From positions 9,916 to 73,915 of the forward strand of contig CALLPL010000036.1 in assembly GCA_938015455.1 (NCBI GenBank): 64,000 nucleotides of DNA, in the 5' to 3' direction. Of the stretch, positions 1 to 10,838 are shown one piece after another. The position numbers and the translations under genes are program-made. The DNA is from an uncultured Candidatus Altimarinota bacterium (GTDB lineage Bacteria > Patescibacteriota > Gracilibacteria > BD1-5 > UBA6164). Each line of letters opens with the position of its first letter. Positions within the stretch are counted from its first letter, which is position 1. The notes under the pieces are model-generated. The model made no database searches. It was not told the DNA's origin and saw only the letters and a program-made list of their open reading frames with translations.

Positions 1-663
1 ATCGTTGCTCAGGTATGAACCTTGATTCCCTTCACTTCAAATATCTCTTGGAGGAGTTTTGACGATTCTGCTTCTTCTCGTGGAATAAGCGCAGAATTTC
101 TCTGTACCAGGTGTACTTCTACTCCAGTTGCTGCAATACTTTCAGCCAATTCACATCCTATATAGCCTCATCCAATAACTATCAGTTTTTTGATATCTTC
201 TGTCCCGTCAAATATTTCATGGTTCGTAAGTATATCCTCTGGAGCCACTCACTCTATATCTATCTTTCGAGCACTACTCCCTGTTGCAAGAATAATCTTC
301 TCAGCTGTGACATGCTCATGGTCTTTCCCGTCTATGTGCAGTGTATGCTCATCAATAAAACTCGCATATCACTCTAGTACCTTCAGTCCATGGGATTCTA
401 CTTTTTCAACTGTCTCTTCATCCTGAATCATCTGTCTCCTCTTTCTTACCTCCTGCATAGCCTTCTTAAATCCAATACCCGGTGAGTGCTTTGCTATATC
501 GATAAGTGCCTTACTCGGGATACACCCAAAGTTCGTACAATCTCCTCAGATAGGACCCCCCTCTATCAAAACAACCTTCTTTCCTGCTGCTGCAAGTCCA
601 AAAGCCACTGTGAGTCATCAGCTCCCTGCTCCAACGACAGCTATGTTATAATCGTAGTTCATA
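1..663 (-). CDS. Class I pyridine nucleotide-disulfide oxidoreductase (Lpd/MerA/GR-like), N-terminal 221 codons; C-terminus lies beyond the window start
   Basis: ATG at 663-661. MNYDYNIAVVGAGSGGLTVAFG (GxGxxG, with both final Gly encoded by TGA). Redox-active GGDCTNFGCIPSK. Second Rossmann motif LIVIGGGYIGCELA. Confidence 0.8.
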
Positions 664-674
664 AGTAAAAGTAA

Positions 675-720
675 TCCCTCCCCTGCTCTCGCAGGTACTC
701 CCTTTTACAAAGGGAGAGAA
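675..720. repeat. Intergenic GC-rich hairpin element (ctcccttTTACaagggag core), same family as the in-frame elements
   Basis: tccctcccctgctctcgcaggtactcccttttacaaagggagag. A 7-bp stem ctccctt/aagggag stands out from AT-rich surroundings. Confidence 0.55.
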
Positions 721-904
721 ATAGGTAAGTAAAAACACAAAGCATTTGTATGTGAGTATAGTAGGAAATAACCTTAAGTGAAAGTGAAAAAATAATTGAC
801 TAGTTTTATTTATTATAAATTGATATTTAATATATGGATATAGATTGAAATAAAGTTTAGTATATGTTAAACTACAAAGAGTCTTATATTTTAAACGACT
901 GCAT

Positions 905-1237
905 ATGTCTTCTAATCAAGTAACTGCATCTAATCCAGCTCGAGAAGAAACCCTAAGTGCTGCATACTGAGAGCTTACAAGAAGAATAGAAGATTTAAAC
1001 AGAGAGAGGCTCGCTTTATTAAATGAAAGAGCTCGAATAGCACTAGAAGCTTTTGATTTTACGGCTATCCAGGATAGGATTAACCAGTTAGAAGAATTAA
1101 TAGATACTTTACAGTATCCACATGAAAAAATATGAGCCTCCATCATTCTTATGAACTCTATACTAAAAATAGAGTATTTTAACAATCAGGGGAATAGAGA
1201 TCTACTAGCAAGGCTGCAAGAACTAACAATAGAGTAG
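905..1237 (+). CDS. Hypothetical coiled-coil protein (110 aa)
   Basis: ATG 905, TAG 1235, 2 in-frame TGA. Heptad-like sequence LTRRIEDLNRERLALLNERARIALE. The listed antisense ORF 916..1185 looks like low-complexity noise. Confidence 0.45.
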
Positions 1238-1260
1238 CCAAAATGCTTTGTTCATTTATT

Positions 1261-3402
1261 TTAGCTCATCTCAAATTCGAGTCTGTACCTCGGCATATCA
1301 ACGGATTTTAAAGTAACTGGAACTTCATCTCAAAAATGGAGCTGCTTTTGTGTGGAAGATTGAACGACGCAGTGCTTTTCAGAATCAAACTGATATCCGG
1401 TAAACTCAAAGCTTATGAATCATTCTATGGTGTTTTCGAGTTCTATGAAGAATCCTTTTTCTATCATTCATGATATCTTTCCTGTAAACTGCTCTCCTAC
1501 TTTTTCTGACATATACTTACATGCCATCATATCTCGTACTCGGTACTCCATCTTTTCAGCTCTATCTGAGAGTGAGCTACTCGACATGGCTACCTTTGGG
1601 AGGATCTCTGTATAGTGTTCACGGCGAGCCTGCGATAATCCATTTTTCTGAACCTCTCGACTTCAAACCTCACTCTTGAATTCTCTCTCCTTAGAGGAGA
1701 GAGAGGCTCAATTCGCAGCTTCATTTCTCCTTGAGGAGAAAATTGTATGAGGTTTTGCCTGAGAGTTATTATTTATTATTTCTTTAATTATTCTATGGAT
1801 CTGTAAATCTGGGTATCTACGAATTGGGGAGGTAAAGTGACTATAGTGTTTGATAGCCAGTCCGAAATGCCCAAGGTTCTTGTCGCTATAGCAAGCCTTT
1901 TGTAAGCTCCTGAGTAAAAGCTTTTGAAATGGAGCGAGTTTCGCGTCATCTTTGAGTACTTCTAGAAGTGTTGAAAAATCACTTGGGAATTCACGTGCGT
2001 CCATACTCTCAAGTCTCTTAATAAAAGTATCTACATCCTCTGGGTCTGGCTCTTCATGGACTCTATAGAGAAATGGATATTTTGAAAAGAGTTTTGCTAC
2101 TGATTCATTTGCAAGAACCATACATTCTTCAATGATTTTATATGAATTATATCGTTCGTATCTTTTATATTCTACTGGATTTCATAGATCATCCAGAATA
2201 ATCTTCGTTTCTGGAAAATCAAAATTGAGAGCTCATCTCTCTTTTGTATTCTTTGTAAGTATACCTGTAAGAGACTCTAGGTTTTTAATATTTTTATAGA
2301 GATCCTCAGAAACTACTTCTCAAAACATCAGTTCATCAGATACCCCTATATCTCATGAGAGCATTTCATCTATTTCTTTGTATGTCAGTCTATAGTCAGA
2401 GAGAATTATACTTTCATAGACCTCAGATTTCGTAACTCTTCCAGAAGAAGAAATATGCATCTCACAGGTAAGCGTGAGTTTATCTTCTCAAGGATGTAAG
2501 CTGCACAGTCCGTTAGAGATTTCAGCAGGTAACATCGGAATTACTTGATCACAAAGATAAATACTCGTTCCACGTTTACGGGCCTCTCGATCCAGGTGAG
2601 AATTTTCTGTTGTATAATGCGTGACATCTGCAATATGAACATAGAGTTTCCACCCCCTCTGTCCTTCGGACATCTCCCCCTTATCAAGGGGGAGAATAGA
2701 AATCGCATCATCAAGATCCTTACTTTCTGCTCCATCAATAGTATAAGTCAAAGTATTTCTCAGATCTCTTCTCCCTAAAATATCCTCTGGGTTTATATTT
2801 TTTGAAAATCCATGAACCTGTGACATGACTGAGTCAGAAAAACTCTTTCTCGCTCACATTTCAAAGGCAATCTTATAAATATCTTCTCTTCCCTTTGGTA
2901 AATCATTGAGTGATTCGACTATTCTTCATTCTGGATTTTTTCCTTCCCACTTTATGATTTGTACGGCAACTTCTGATCCATTACTATATCCTCAAATATG
3001 TTTTCCAGGGATGAAAATATCTTTTTGAACTTTCGGGTTATCTGATATGACAAATGCAAACTTTGCTCCTATTTGAAGCTTTCCTACTATGAGCTGCTCT
3101 GATCTTTTGAGAACTTTTGTAATAGTTGCTTCTTCTTTTTCTCTGAAAAATCTTGTGGTAAAAGCAACTTCATCCCCCTCAAAAGCATCAAGCTTTTTAC
3201 TCTCATGGACATAGTATCATTTTTTTTCTCCCTCTGGAGTCACCATATCAACAAAACCAAAGTTTCACTGGCCTTGTTTATAGATACCTATAAGTTCATT
3301 CTCTGTATCTCGTTTTCTCGGAATATTTCTCTTTGGAGTTGAACTGTAAAACGTCTTTTTTTGATGCTTTTTGATGTTTTTCTCTTTCCTCTCTCTTGGC
3401 AT
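1261..3402 (-). CDS. rnr: Ribonuclease R (VacB/RNase II family), 713 aa
   Basis: Continuous only with TGA as sense. N-terminal GQGNFGFVD. RNB motifs DGAESKDLDDAIS, YVHIADVTHY, GTSIYLCDQVIPMLP, LCSLHPGEDKL. C-terminal S1 domain GEQFTGKISGMIEKGFFIELE. TAA at 1261-1263. Confidence 0.92.
1666..1708 (-). repeat. 43-nt palindromic element translated in frame within rnr (ASLSSKEREFKSEV); identical copy at 61821..61863
   Basis: aacctcactcttgaattctctctccttagaggagagagaggct matches 61821-61863 at 43/43. Core hairpin ctctctcctTAgaggagagag. Confidence 0.85.
1724..1741 (-). repeat. Second hairpin unit in rnr (tttctccTTgaggagaaa), read as FSSRRNE
   Basis: Perfect 8-bp inverted repeat, 15 nt from the 43-nt element, inside the linker before the S1 domain. 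Confidence 0.6.
2651..2695 (-). repeat. GC-rich hairpin element in frame inside the rnr RNB domain (ILPLDKGEMSEGQRGW)
   Basis: caccccctctgtccttcggacatctcccccttatcaagggggag. Stems ctccccctt/aagggggag and gtcc-ttcg-gac. Lies between DDAIS and YVHIADV. Confidence 0.65.
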
Positions 3403-3491
3403 TATAATCAGTTTTATAAACTATTTCTCTTAGTATACCAGAAAAAATGTATAAAAAAAGTTTTGACTCCCTTTTGTTTCTAGATATTCTT

Positions 3492-3512
3492 TAGGTGTAA
3501 ATTATACACTTA
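3492..3512. promoter_or_regulatory. Candidate NrtR operator, site A (TAGGTGTA-aatta-TACACTTA)
   Basis: Near-perfect 21-bp palindrome in the rnr / NAD-operon divergent intergenic region. Same half-site as sites B-D. Confidence 0.5.
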
Positions 3513-3625
3513 CTATTGTTCCTTAAAAAATATTGCAGATCTCTGAAAGATATATTTCTCCAAAAAATAGTATATATTGGAAATATTCTTCTCTCACATG
3601 CTCTCTATATTTTTTTGTTTCTTAG

Positions 3626-3646
3626 TAAGTGTATATATTACAATAA
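3626..3646. promoter_or_regulatory. Candidate NrtR operator, site B (TAAGTGTA-tatat-TACAATAA)
   Basis: 117 nt upstream of the ATG at 3763. Left half-site identical to sites C and D. Confidence 0.45.
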
Positions 3647-3762
3647 TTTATTTCTTAACCCCCATACATGCATATATCAAATATAACAAATACAAACACA
3701 ATGGTTGAGAAAAATATTCCTCAACTCTAAATCAAACATCTTATTTTCATAAATTCTTGATT

Positions 3763-4068
3763 ATGAAAGAAATACCAGCACATCAAGTAATCGCAAACTC
3801 TGATACTATGGAGTGAAGGTGAGTACAAGTAGTAGTATGAAACTTCTCTCATGAAAAAGATGCTCTACTAGTAGCTATAGGAAAATGAACCATGTGATGA
3901 GATGCAGATGTTCGGAAAGAAATAATACGAATATTTGATTCTGTCGAAGAATACGAAGATCATACTTGAGATTTCCCAGAAGAAACAGTTAGTGCAATAA
4001 GAAAAAAGGCATTAAGAAAGTTAGATGCAAGAGAACGAAAGATTCTCTGACTTACAGAAGATGAATAA
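3763..4068 (+). CDS. Hypothetical protein (101 aa), first gene of the NAD cluster
   Basis: ATG 3763, TAA 4066, about 8 in-frame TGA. No recognisable family. Confidence 0.5.
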
Positions 4069-4090
4069 TTTTATTATATAAATATATAAT

Positions 4091-4810
4091 TATGACTCCA
4101 AACCAAACAGATGAAGGAATAATAGTCGTAGACTATCAAAATGGTTTTGTGCCAGTAGCAGAATGAGGCACAGGAGAGCTCTGAGTCGAAGGGTGATGAA
4201 GGCTCGCTTCTCGTATCAATGAACTCATAAAGATTACAAAAAGTAGGTGAGGACTCGTTATCGGAACTCGAGATATGCACCCGCAATGACATATGTCATT
4301 TGCAAGTAACTATGATGGAAAAGATCCTTTTGATATTATATGAGTGAATGATATAGCCGGTCTGGAACTCTCTCCAGCTGCTGAATTTGATAGGCATAAT
4401 CTCGTAAAAGAACTATGAAATACTTGAGAGCAAATTCTCTGGCCAGATCACTGTATAGTAGATACACCAAGTTCTTGGTATCATGAGTCACTCGAAAGAG
4501 ATCTCATAGATGTGCATATCGAAAAATGATATGTAGCTAGAAAAGAAGCCTATAGCTGATTTGATGGAAAAGAACAGAGAGAAAATCCTAAAGTGATAGT
4601 AAAACTTGTTGATGTACTCAGAAATGCTTGAATCGAGACTGTCAAAGTAGTTGGTCTTGCAACTGATTATTGCGTCAATGCAACAGTTCTTGATGCATTG
4701 AAAGAGTGATTTAATGTACAAGTTTTTCGTGACGCAATTGCAGGAGTCAGTCCTGAGAAATCTATAAAAAAGCTAGAAGCATTACGAGAAAAATGAGTAA
4801 AGATACTATA
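4091..4810 (+). CDS. pncA: Nicotinamidase/pyrazinamidase (isochorismatase family)
   Basis: IIVVDYQNGF, TRDMHPQGHMSF, LWPDHCIV (Trp = TGG), EKGY..AYSGF, VVGLATDYCVNATVLDA. 239 aa. Confidence 0.85.
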
Positions 4811-4826
4811 AATTTTTTACCTCCCA

Positions 4827-4847
4827 ATAAGTGTATATTTTACATTA
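4827..4847. promoter_or_regulatory. Candidate NrtR operator, site C (TAAGTGTA-tattt-TACATTAA)
   Basis: Ends 14 nt before the pncB ATG, in the pncA-pncB spacer. Confidence 0.45.
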
Positions 4848-4860
4848 ATAAGAATATATT

Positions 4861-6222
4861 ATGAATACTTCTCTCCTCTATAAACCCGAAGACTTCTTCC
4901 CAAGTATGAGAGAAGAAGCAGAGGTCGATACCCTTCTGAATAATGATATCTATAAGTTCTTTATGCTTGACTTCATCCTAGCTCATCCTGAGTACCGATG
5001 AAAACTTGTGAGATGGAAGATGACTATCAGAAGTCCTGAAATTAGAACTACAGCTGTTATTCCTCGAGATAGACTCGAAGAGCAACTTGATCTCACTCGC
5101 AGCAATGTGAAGTGAGTATCTGAATCTGATCTCTCATATCTTAGAGGTATGACAGATGATCATTGAAAGAGACTCTTCAGGGAAGAAACTCTGGAATTCC
5201 TCAAAAATTTCCAGCTCCCCATGTATTCTATTACAGATAATGGGAAATGAAACTATGAACTGAGTTTTGAAGGGCCTTGGGAAACATCAATGATGTGGGA
5301 AATATTTGGGCTCAAGATTATAAACTCTCTCTATCTTTCAGAATATATCAAAAAAGAAAAGATCACAGACGTAGAGTTTACAAAAATGATGAACGAAACC
5401 CTTGGAAGACTTTTCAGGGATATCGGCTCACTACAGAAGAGTCCTGAATCAAAGTTTTCAGAGTTTGGAACTCGTAGATCTCAAAGTACTGAGTATCAAA
5501 GACTCATAAATACTATCTTAGAAGAGCAACTCCCAGATCAATATTCATGAACCAGTAACGTTTTGATTGCTAAGGAAATGGGTTCTGCAAATCCTAAAGG
5601 AACCAATGCTCATGAACTTAGGATGATTCCAACGGCTCTACTCGATGATCCAGATGAAATAATTCATGAAATGTATGATATTGATAGAAAATGGAGCGCT
5701 CATCATAGTGAGCTTGGTCTCCTATTACCTGACACCTACGGAACAAGTTTCTATTTAGAAAACTGTCCTCAAGATATTATAGAAAGCCATATTTGAATGA
5801 GGTTTGATTCCAAAGACCCAAGTGAAGCAATACCAGAATACATAGACTGGCTTCTTAAAAATAAGCAAGACCCAATGACAAAACTTGGTATTCCAAGTGA
5901 TGGACTCAATGCAGCGAAAGTTGTTGAATACACAAATGCTTTTCATGACAAACTCTGAAAACTCAGTTTCTGAGTGGGGACCAACCTCACCAATAACACG
6001 AAATGAACATGGCCAAGAGAGATTGAACCCTATGGGCCATACGGATCATTTTCTATTGTTATAAAACCTAGTGAAGTATTCAGAGAAGATACAGGTGAAT
6101 GGATGAGTACGGTAAAGCTTTCTGATAATCCAGAAAAAGCTGTATGAGCTCCTGACAGGGTTGCTCTCTTCAAAGAAATATTTTGAACTAAAGGAGTCGA
6201 ACAACAAGAAGTCCTTGTATAG
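4861..6222 (+). CDS. pncB: Nicotinate phosphoribosyltransferase
   Basis: LLNNDIYKFFM, SEFGTRR, GTSNVLIAKEMG..PKGTNAHE, FGVGTNLTN, VKLSDNPEKAVG. 453 aa. Confidence 0.85.
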
Positions 6223-6244
6223 ATTATTTCTTCACACTACTCTT

Positions 6245-7036
6245 ATGAACACCTTACTCCAGGCACATACTCCAGATTTTTCAGAACTCAAAAGTATCGT
6301 GTATAAGCTTTGAAAAATAGTAAGACAGGAAATGTTTTCTCCTCTGAGAGTAGAAATCAAGAACGCGTCTGAACTTGTTACTCGCATTGATAAACTCCTA
6401 GAAACTCGTGCTAGAGAAATGATCACTGAGACATACGGAAACGTGGGAATCCTCGGAGAGGAATTTCCAGACACCACAAGCACGAGCAATATCCGTTTTA
6501 TCATAGATCCTCTCGATGGAACTGAAAGCTTTATACACCGAGAATTCAACACTACTATTTCTATTTGAGTGGAATTAGACGGAAAAATAATCCACGGAGT
6601 CGTATATGATTTTATGAGGGATATCCTCTACGAATGATGAGAAAAATCTCAAACGTACTTACATAAAAACCCCTGGCCTCTGCTCAGAGAAAACTACAAC
6701 TGACAAATCAAAGTACTCCTGAGTGGACGATGAGAAGAAGTCGAAGAAATGAGAACGAAACTTAGAAGCATAGATGACATTCAGCTCACACAGATGTACT
6801 GATCTGTCGCTCTTCAAGCAAGTCAAACTGCGACTTGATGATATGACGCTTACCTCAGAGTAGGCAGACTCAAAACTTGGGATATAGCTGGAGCAGCAGG
6901 ATTTATACATGGACTTGATGATACTTCTATTCTTTCCAGGTCATGAGATGATTTCAATCACCTCGCACCAGAACAGTGAGTCATCGTAGTACGAAATGGT
7001 TTGAAAAAAAGATTTTTAGAACTTGTAACCAGTTAA
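6245..7036 (+). CDS. Inositol monophosphatase family protein (SuhB/CysQ-like); NADP phosphatase candidate from its context
   Basis: GEEF, IIDPLDGTESF, TWDIAGAAGF. 263 aa. Sits between pncB and nadE. Confidence 0.7.
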
Positions 7037-7039
7037 ATT

Positions 7040-8860
7040 ATGGAAACAACACTTAACAAACAAGGTATCGACGAGTGAGTAGTACTTGCTCAAATACCTG
7101 TTCTGGCAAATAATCCAGATGTGAATGTACAAAACATGATTCAAGTAATAGAAAATACTCAGGCATGAAAACTTATTATTTTTCCTGAAATGTGTGTTCC
7201 AGGGTATATGATAGGTGATGCTTGGCTCAAGGATAGTGCTCTGAATGACTTCCTCTCATATAATGATGACATACTCGCGGCACTTGAACAGAATCAAAAC
7301 TCAGCTATCTGGGGAAATATTGAAACAGACAAAGATAAAAGAAATGAAGACGGAACCACAAGAAAATATAATTCAGCATATATAGCAGAAAATGGGAAAC
7401 TCTTATGAGTCCAAAGAAAAACACTTTTACCAAACTATAGAATGTTTGATGATAAAAGATATTTCTCAAGTCTTTCTCAACTTGCGCTCGAAGAGGAAAG
7501 AGATATTTCTGAGTATCATAAACCTGTTAAAATGGAGATTCTCTGAACTAGCAGACAAGTTTCTACTCTTATTTGTGAAGATATATGGAACATTAATGGA
7601 GATTACCATATAGATCCTATGGAACTCGTTCGAGAATATAAACCAGATCTCATAGCAGTTCTGTCAACATCTCCATATGGTCGAGATAAATCTCAGTTTC
7701 GAGACCAACTCCTTGCTGACAGGAGCAGCGATACAACACTTGCGTATGTAAATCCCATAGGAACTCAAAACATTGGGAAAAATATCCACGCTATGGATGG
7801 AGGAAGTAGTATCTATATAGACTGAAAATTTATACGAGGAATTGCTGACTTTACCAGTGATCAAGTGATAGAAAGTCTCAAACATCCCGGCGAGATCGCT
7901 CAGGCATATAATACTATTGTATATTCTCTCAGAGATTTCTGGGAAAAGCTCTGAAAACCTAAAGTAGTCATTGGGCTCTCTGGATGAATAGATTCATGAG
8001 TCGTTGCTTCTCTCCTCAAAGAAGCTATCTGATCAGAAAATATTGTAGCTGTGAATATGCCGAGCAAGTTTAATAGTAAAACAACCCAAGAACTTGCAAA
8101 GCAAACAGCAGAAAATTTATGAGTAGAGTATAAGATTTTTCCTATTCAGGAAATCGTGGATCATAGAGTTGCTCAAATAGAAGAAGTAAGCTGACAAAAA
8201 ATAAGCTCATTTGAACTAGAGAATATTCAGGCTCGAATCAGAGGCCAAATACTCTCTGATCTCTCAGCAAGATATTGATGATTTCACACAAACAACGGGA
8301 ACAAAGACGAAATTGCTCGCGGATATGCAACACTCTATTGAGATGTTTCATGAGCTATTGCTCCTATTTGAGACTTACATAAGTACCAGGTATTTGAACT
8401 TGTAAACTATATTAACTCATTATCAAATAAGCCTGTCATTCCAAAAAAAATGACTGAAATAAAGCCTTCAGCAGAGCTATCTGAAGAACAAAATCCAGAA
8501 ACAGGATGAGGAGACCCCTTTGATTACGATGTTGTCGGAAAAACTATTAAAGCTCTCTGAGAACAAAAGCTGACTGATACAGACATTTTAGAACTCTATA
8601 TAGAAGGGCAGCTTGAAGAAAAAATCTGACTTAATAAAAAGATCGACGATGTCTTTGATACTCCAGAAATGTTTTTGCAGGATTTTGAGAAACTCTATCT
8701 TGATATACAAGGAACTTATTTCAAAAGAGTACAGGCTCCACCAATTATTACCGTAAACAAAGCCAGTTTCTGATTTGATTATAGGGAGTCACAAAATACA
8801 CCTACTCTCAGTCGATCATATCTCAAACTCAAACAAGAATTCCTATCTTCATGACTATAA
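7040..8860 (+). CDS. nadE: Glutamine-dependent NAD+ synthetase (N-terminal nitrilase/CN-hydrolase domain plus NAD synthase domain)
   Basis: FPEMCVPGY, LICEDIW (nitrilase Glu/Cys). VIGLSGGIDSGVVASL with Gly at TGA 7985-7987 and 7997-7999. NNGNKDEIARGYATLYGD. 606 aa. Confidence 0.9.
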
Positions 8861-8865
8861 TAATT

Positions 8866-9630
8866 ATGAAAACTGTAAATCACATCATCCACTATGAAGA
8901 TTATTCGTATAAGCATAATCCTGAACTCAGAGATTTCTTAGAGAGTCCTGAATTAGAGTTTCTCAGAGATTCTATCGCTGAGCAGTCCGTGATTGCACTC
9001 GGATGAGACGGGACAATGCTTTCAGCTATCAGAGAGCATCATGAGAAAGACATACTATTTTTATGAATTAACTTCTGAACTAAGGGTTTTCTTCTCAATG
9101 ATAGGTCATGGATATCAGAAAATACTAGCTTTTCTCCACGAAGTTATCCTCTCATGTGAGTAGAGAATAACTGAGAAAGCCTTTGAGTATTTTTCAATGA
9201 TATCAATATTTATAGTCCTGAGATGAAAATGGTAGAGCTAGAACTTAGAAATAGTTGTGGAAAGTTAGATCTCAAATGAGATGGAGTACTTATTTCTACA
9301 CCAGCTGGATCAACAGGACATAATAAATCCTATCATGGGCCCATACTTCCTCATAGCAGTGAACACCTTATCATACATCCTCGAGGAAACATAACTCCTC
9401 AAAGTCCAAAGACTATAGATGTTGATAGTGATATTGCTATAAAAAATGTTGGAAGAAAGATGTGACTCTGAATCAATCTTGACGGACAACAAAGACTCCT
9501 CATTCAAAATGATGGAAATATAGATCTAGAAATATCGAAGATAACTCGAGATATTCGGCTCCTCATATCAGAAAGTCATCTCATTGATTGGGATCAAAAA
9601 GTAATGAAAGAACAAGGTTTTACTGCCTAA
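8866..9630 (+). CDS. nadK: NAD kinase
   Basis: IALGGDGTMLSA, LGINFGTKGFL, GVLISTPAGSTGHNKSYHGPIL. 254 aa. Confidence 0.85.
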
Positions 9631-9639
9631 AATCAGAAC

Positions 9640-10260
9640 ATGAACACACTCGGTGAAAATAACACGGCTATCTATTGAGGCGCATTTAATCCTCCAACTC
9701 TATGACATCAAAAAGTAATTGAGTGAATTCTCAAGGACGAGAAATGAACTATTGATCAAATAATTTTTACTCCTGATGGAGCAAGACCAGACAAGAAGTT
9801 CTGAGTGAGTCTCGAAGAACGTGAAGAGATAATAGAGATATTTTACGAGGAGCTACAAAATATGTTTTGAGCTCACGTAGATATCTCTCGACATTTCCTT
9901 CATGGAAAAAACGGCAGCGAGATTAACACATTTCATATCAACAAATACTTTGAAGAAACACTATGAGTCATGCCATACCAAATTTTTGGTTCTGACGTTA
10001 TTCCAGATATGGAAACATGGTGAAACAACCCAGATAGGTTTGCTCAAGAGAGACTCAAGAAAATATTCTTAAATCGTCCGTGATACGATTTTTCTCCTAA
10101 GTGACTTGATAATTTCATCCTACTTGATATCCCCTGACTTATAGAGGTTTCAAGTACTACCCTCAAACAGATGCTTGAAAGTAAGCAGGCTATTGATCAT
10201 CTGTTAACTCCTGAAGTACACAGACATATCACTGAGAATAATATATCTTATAACTCTTAG
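9640..10260 (+). CDS. nadD: Nicotinate(nicotinamide)-nucleotide adenylyltransferase
   Basis: IYGGAFNPPTLGHQ ((H/T)xGH motif, Gly = TGA). C-terminal ISSTTLKQ-type motif VSSTTLKQ. 206 aa. Confidence 0.8.
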
Positions 10261-10263
10261 ATT

Positions 10264-10827
10264 ATGGAAACAACTCCCCCCCTATCTCCTGACGAAGTAA
10301 TATATGACTGAAGATTTCTTCAAATCATCAGGCAAGATCTTTGATGATGAAAGAAATGGGAAACTGTACAAAGGCCAGGTAATATGAAAGCTGTTGCTGG
10401 GCTCCTCAGGCATCCCGAAAATAGAAGCATCATACTCATAGATCAATACCGTTACCCAGTAAAAACACGAGTCATTGAACTCGTAGCTGGGCTTCTAGAT
10501 AAACCAGATCTCAGTATGGAAGATACCCTTCGAGAAGAAATAGTCGAAGAAAGTTGATTTCGAGATATAGGCGATATGAAGTTCCTCTGAGAAACCTCTT
10601 GAAGTGCTGGTATGACCAGTGAAACAGCCTTTCTCTATGACGCAGAAGTATTTTGAGAAAGATGAGAACAAAATCTAGAAGAAACTGAAGATATTAAAGT
10701 CATAGAAGTAGCCGAAGCAGACATCATGAGCTTCTTGAAATCAAAGCAAAAAGAAGGCCAGCTCATAGATCCAAAAATATGTATGGCTCTCTTTATGGCT
10801 CAAGAAAATATTTGAAATATTTTTTAA
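10264..10827 (+). CDS. Nudix hydrolase, ADP-ribose pyrophosphatase-like
   Basis: AVAGLL..IDQYRYPV, ELVAGLLD..EDTLREEIVEESGF (degenerate Nudix box). 187 aa. Last gene of the NAD cluster. Confidence 0.65.
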
Positions 10828-10838
10828 CATAATATATT

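Noticed and set aside
3403-3762. Possible small genes or RNA in the 360-nt rnr / NAD-cluster intergenic region
   Set aside because: No open frame longer than a few codons in code 25 and no stable extended structure. The only recurrent features are the two palindromic operator-like sites reported separately.
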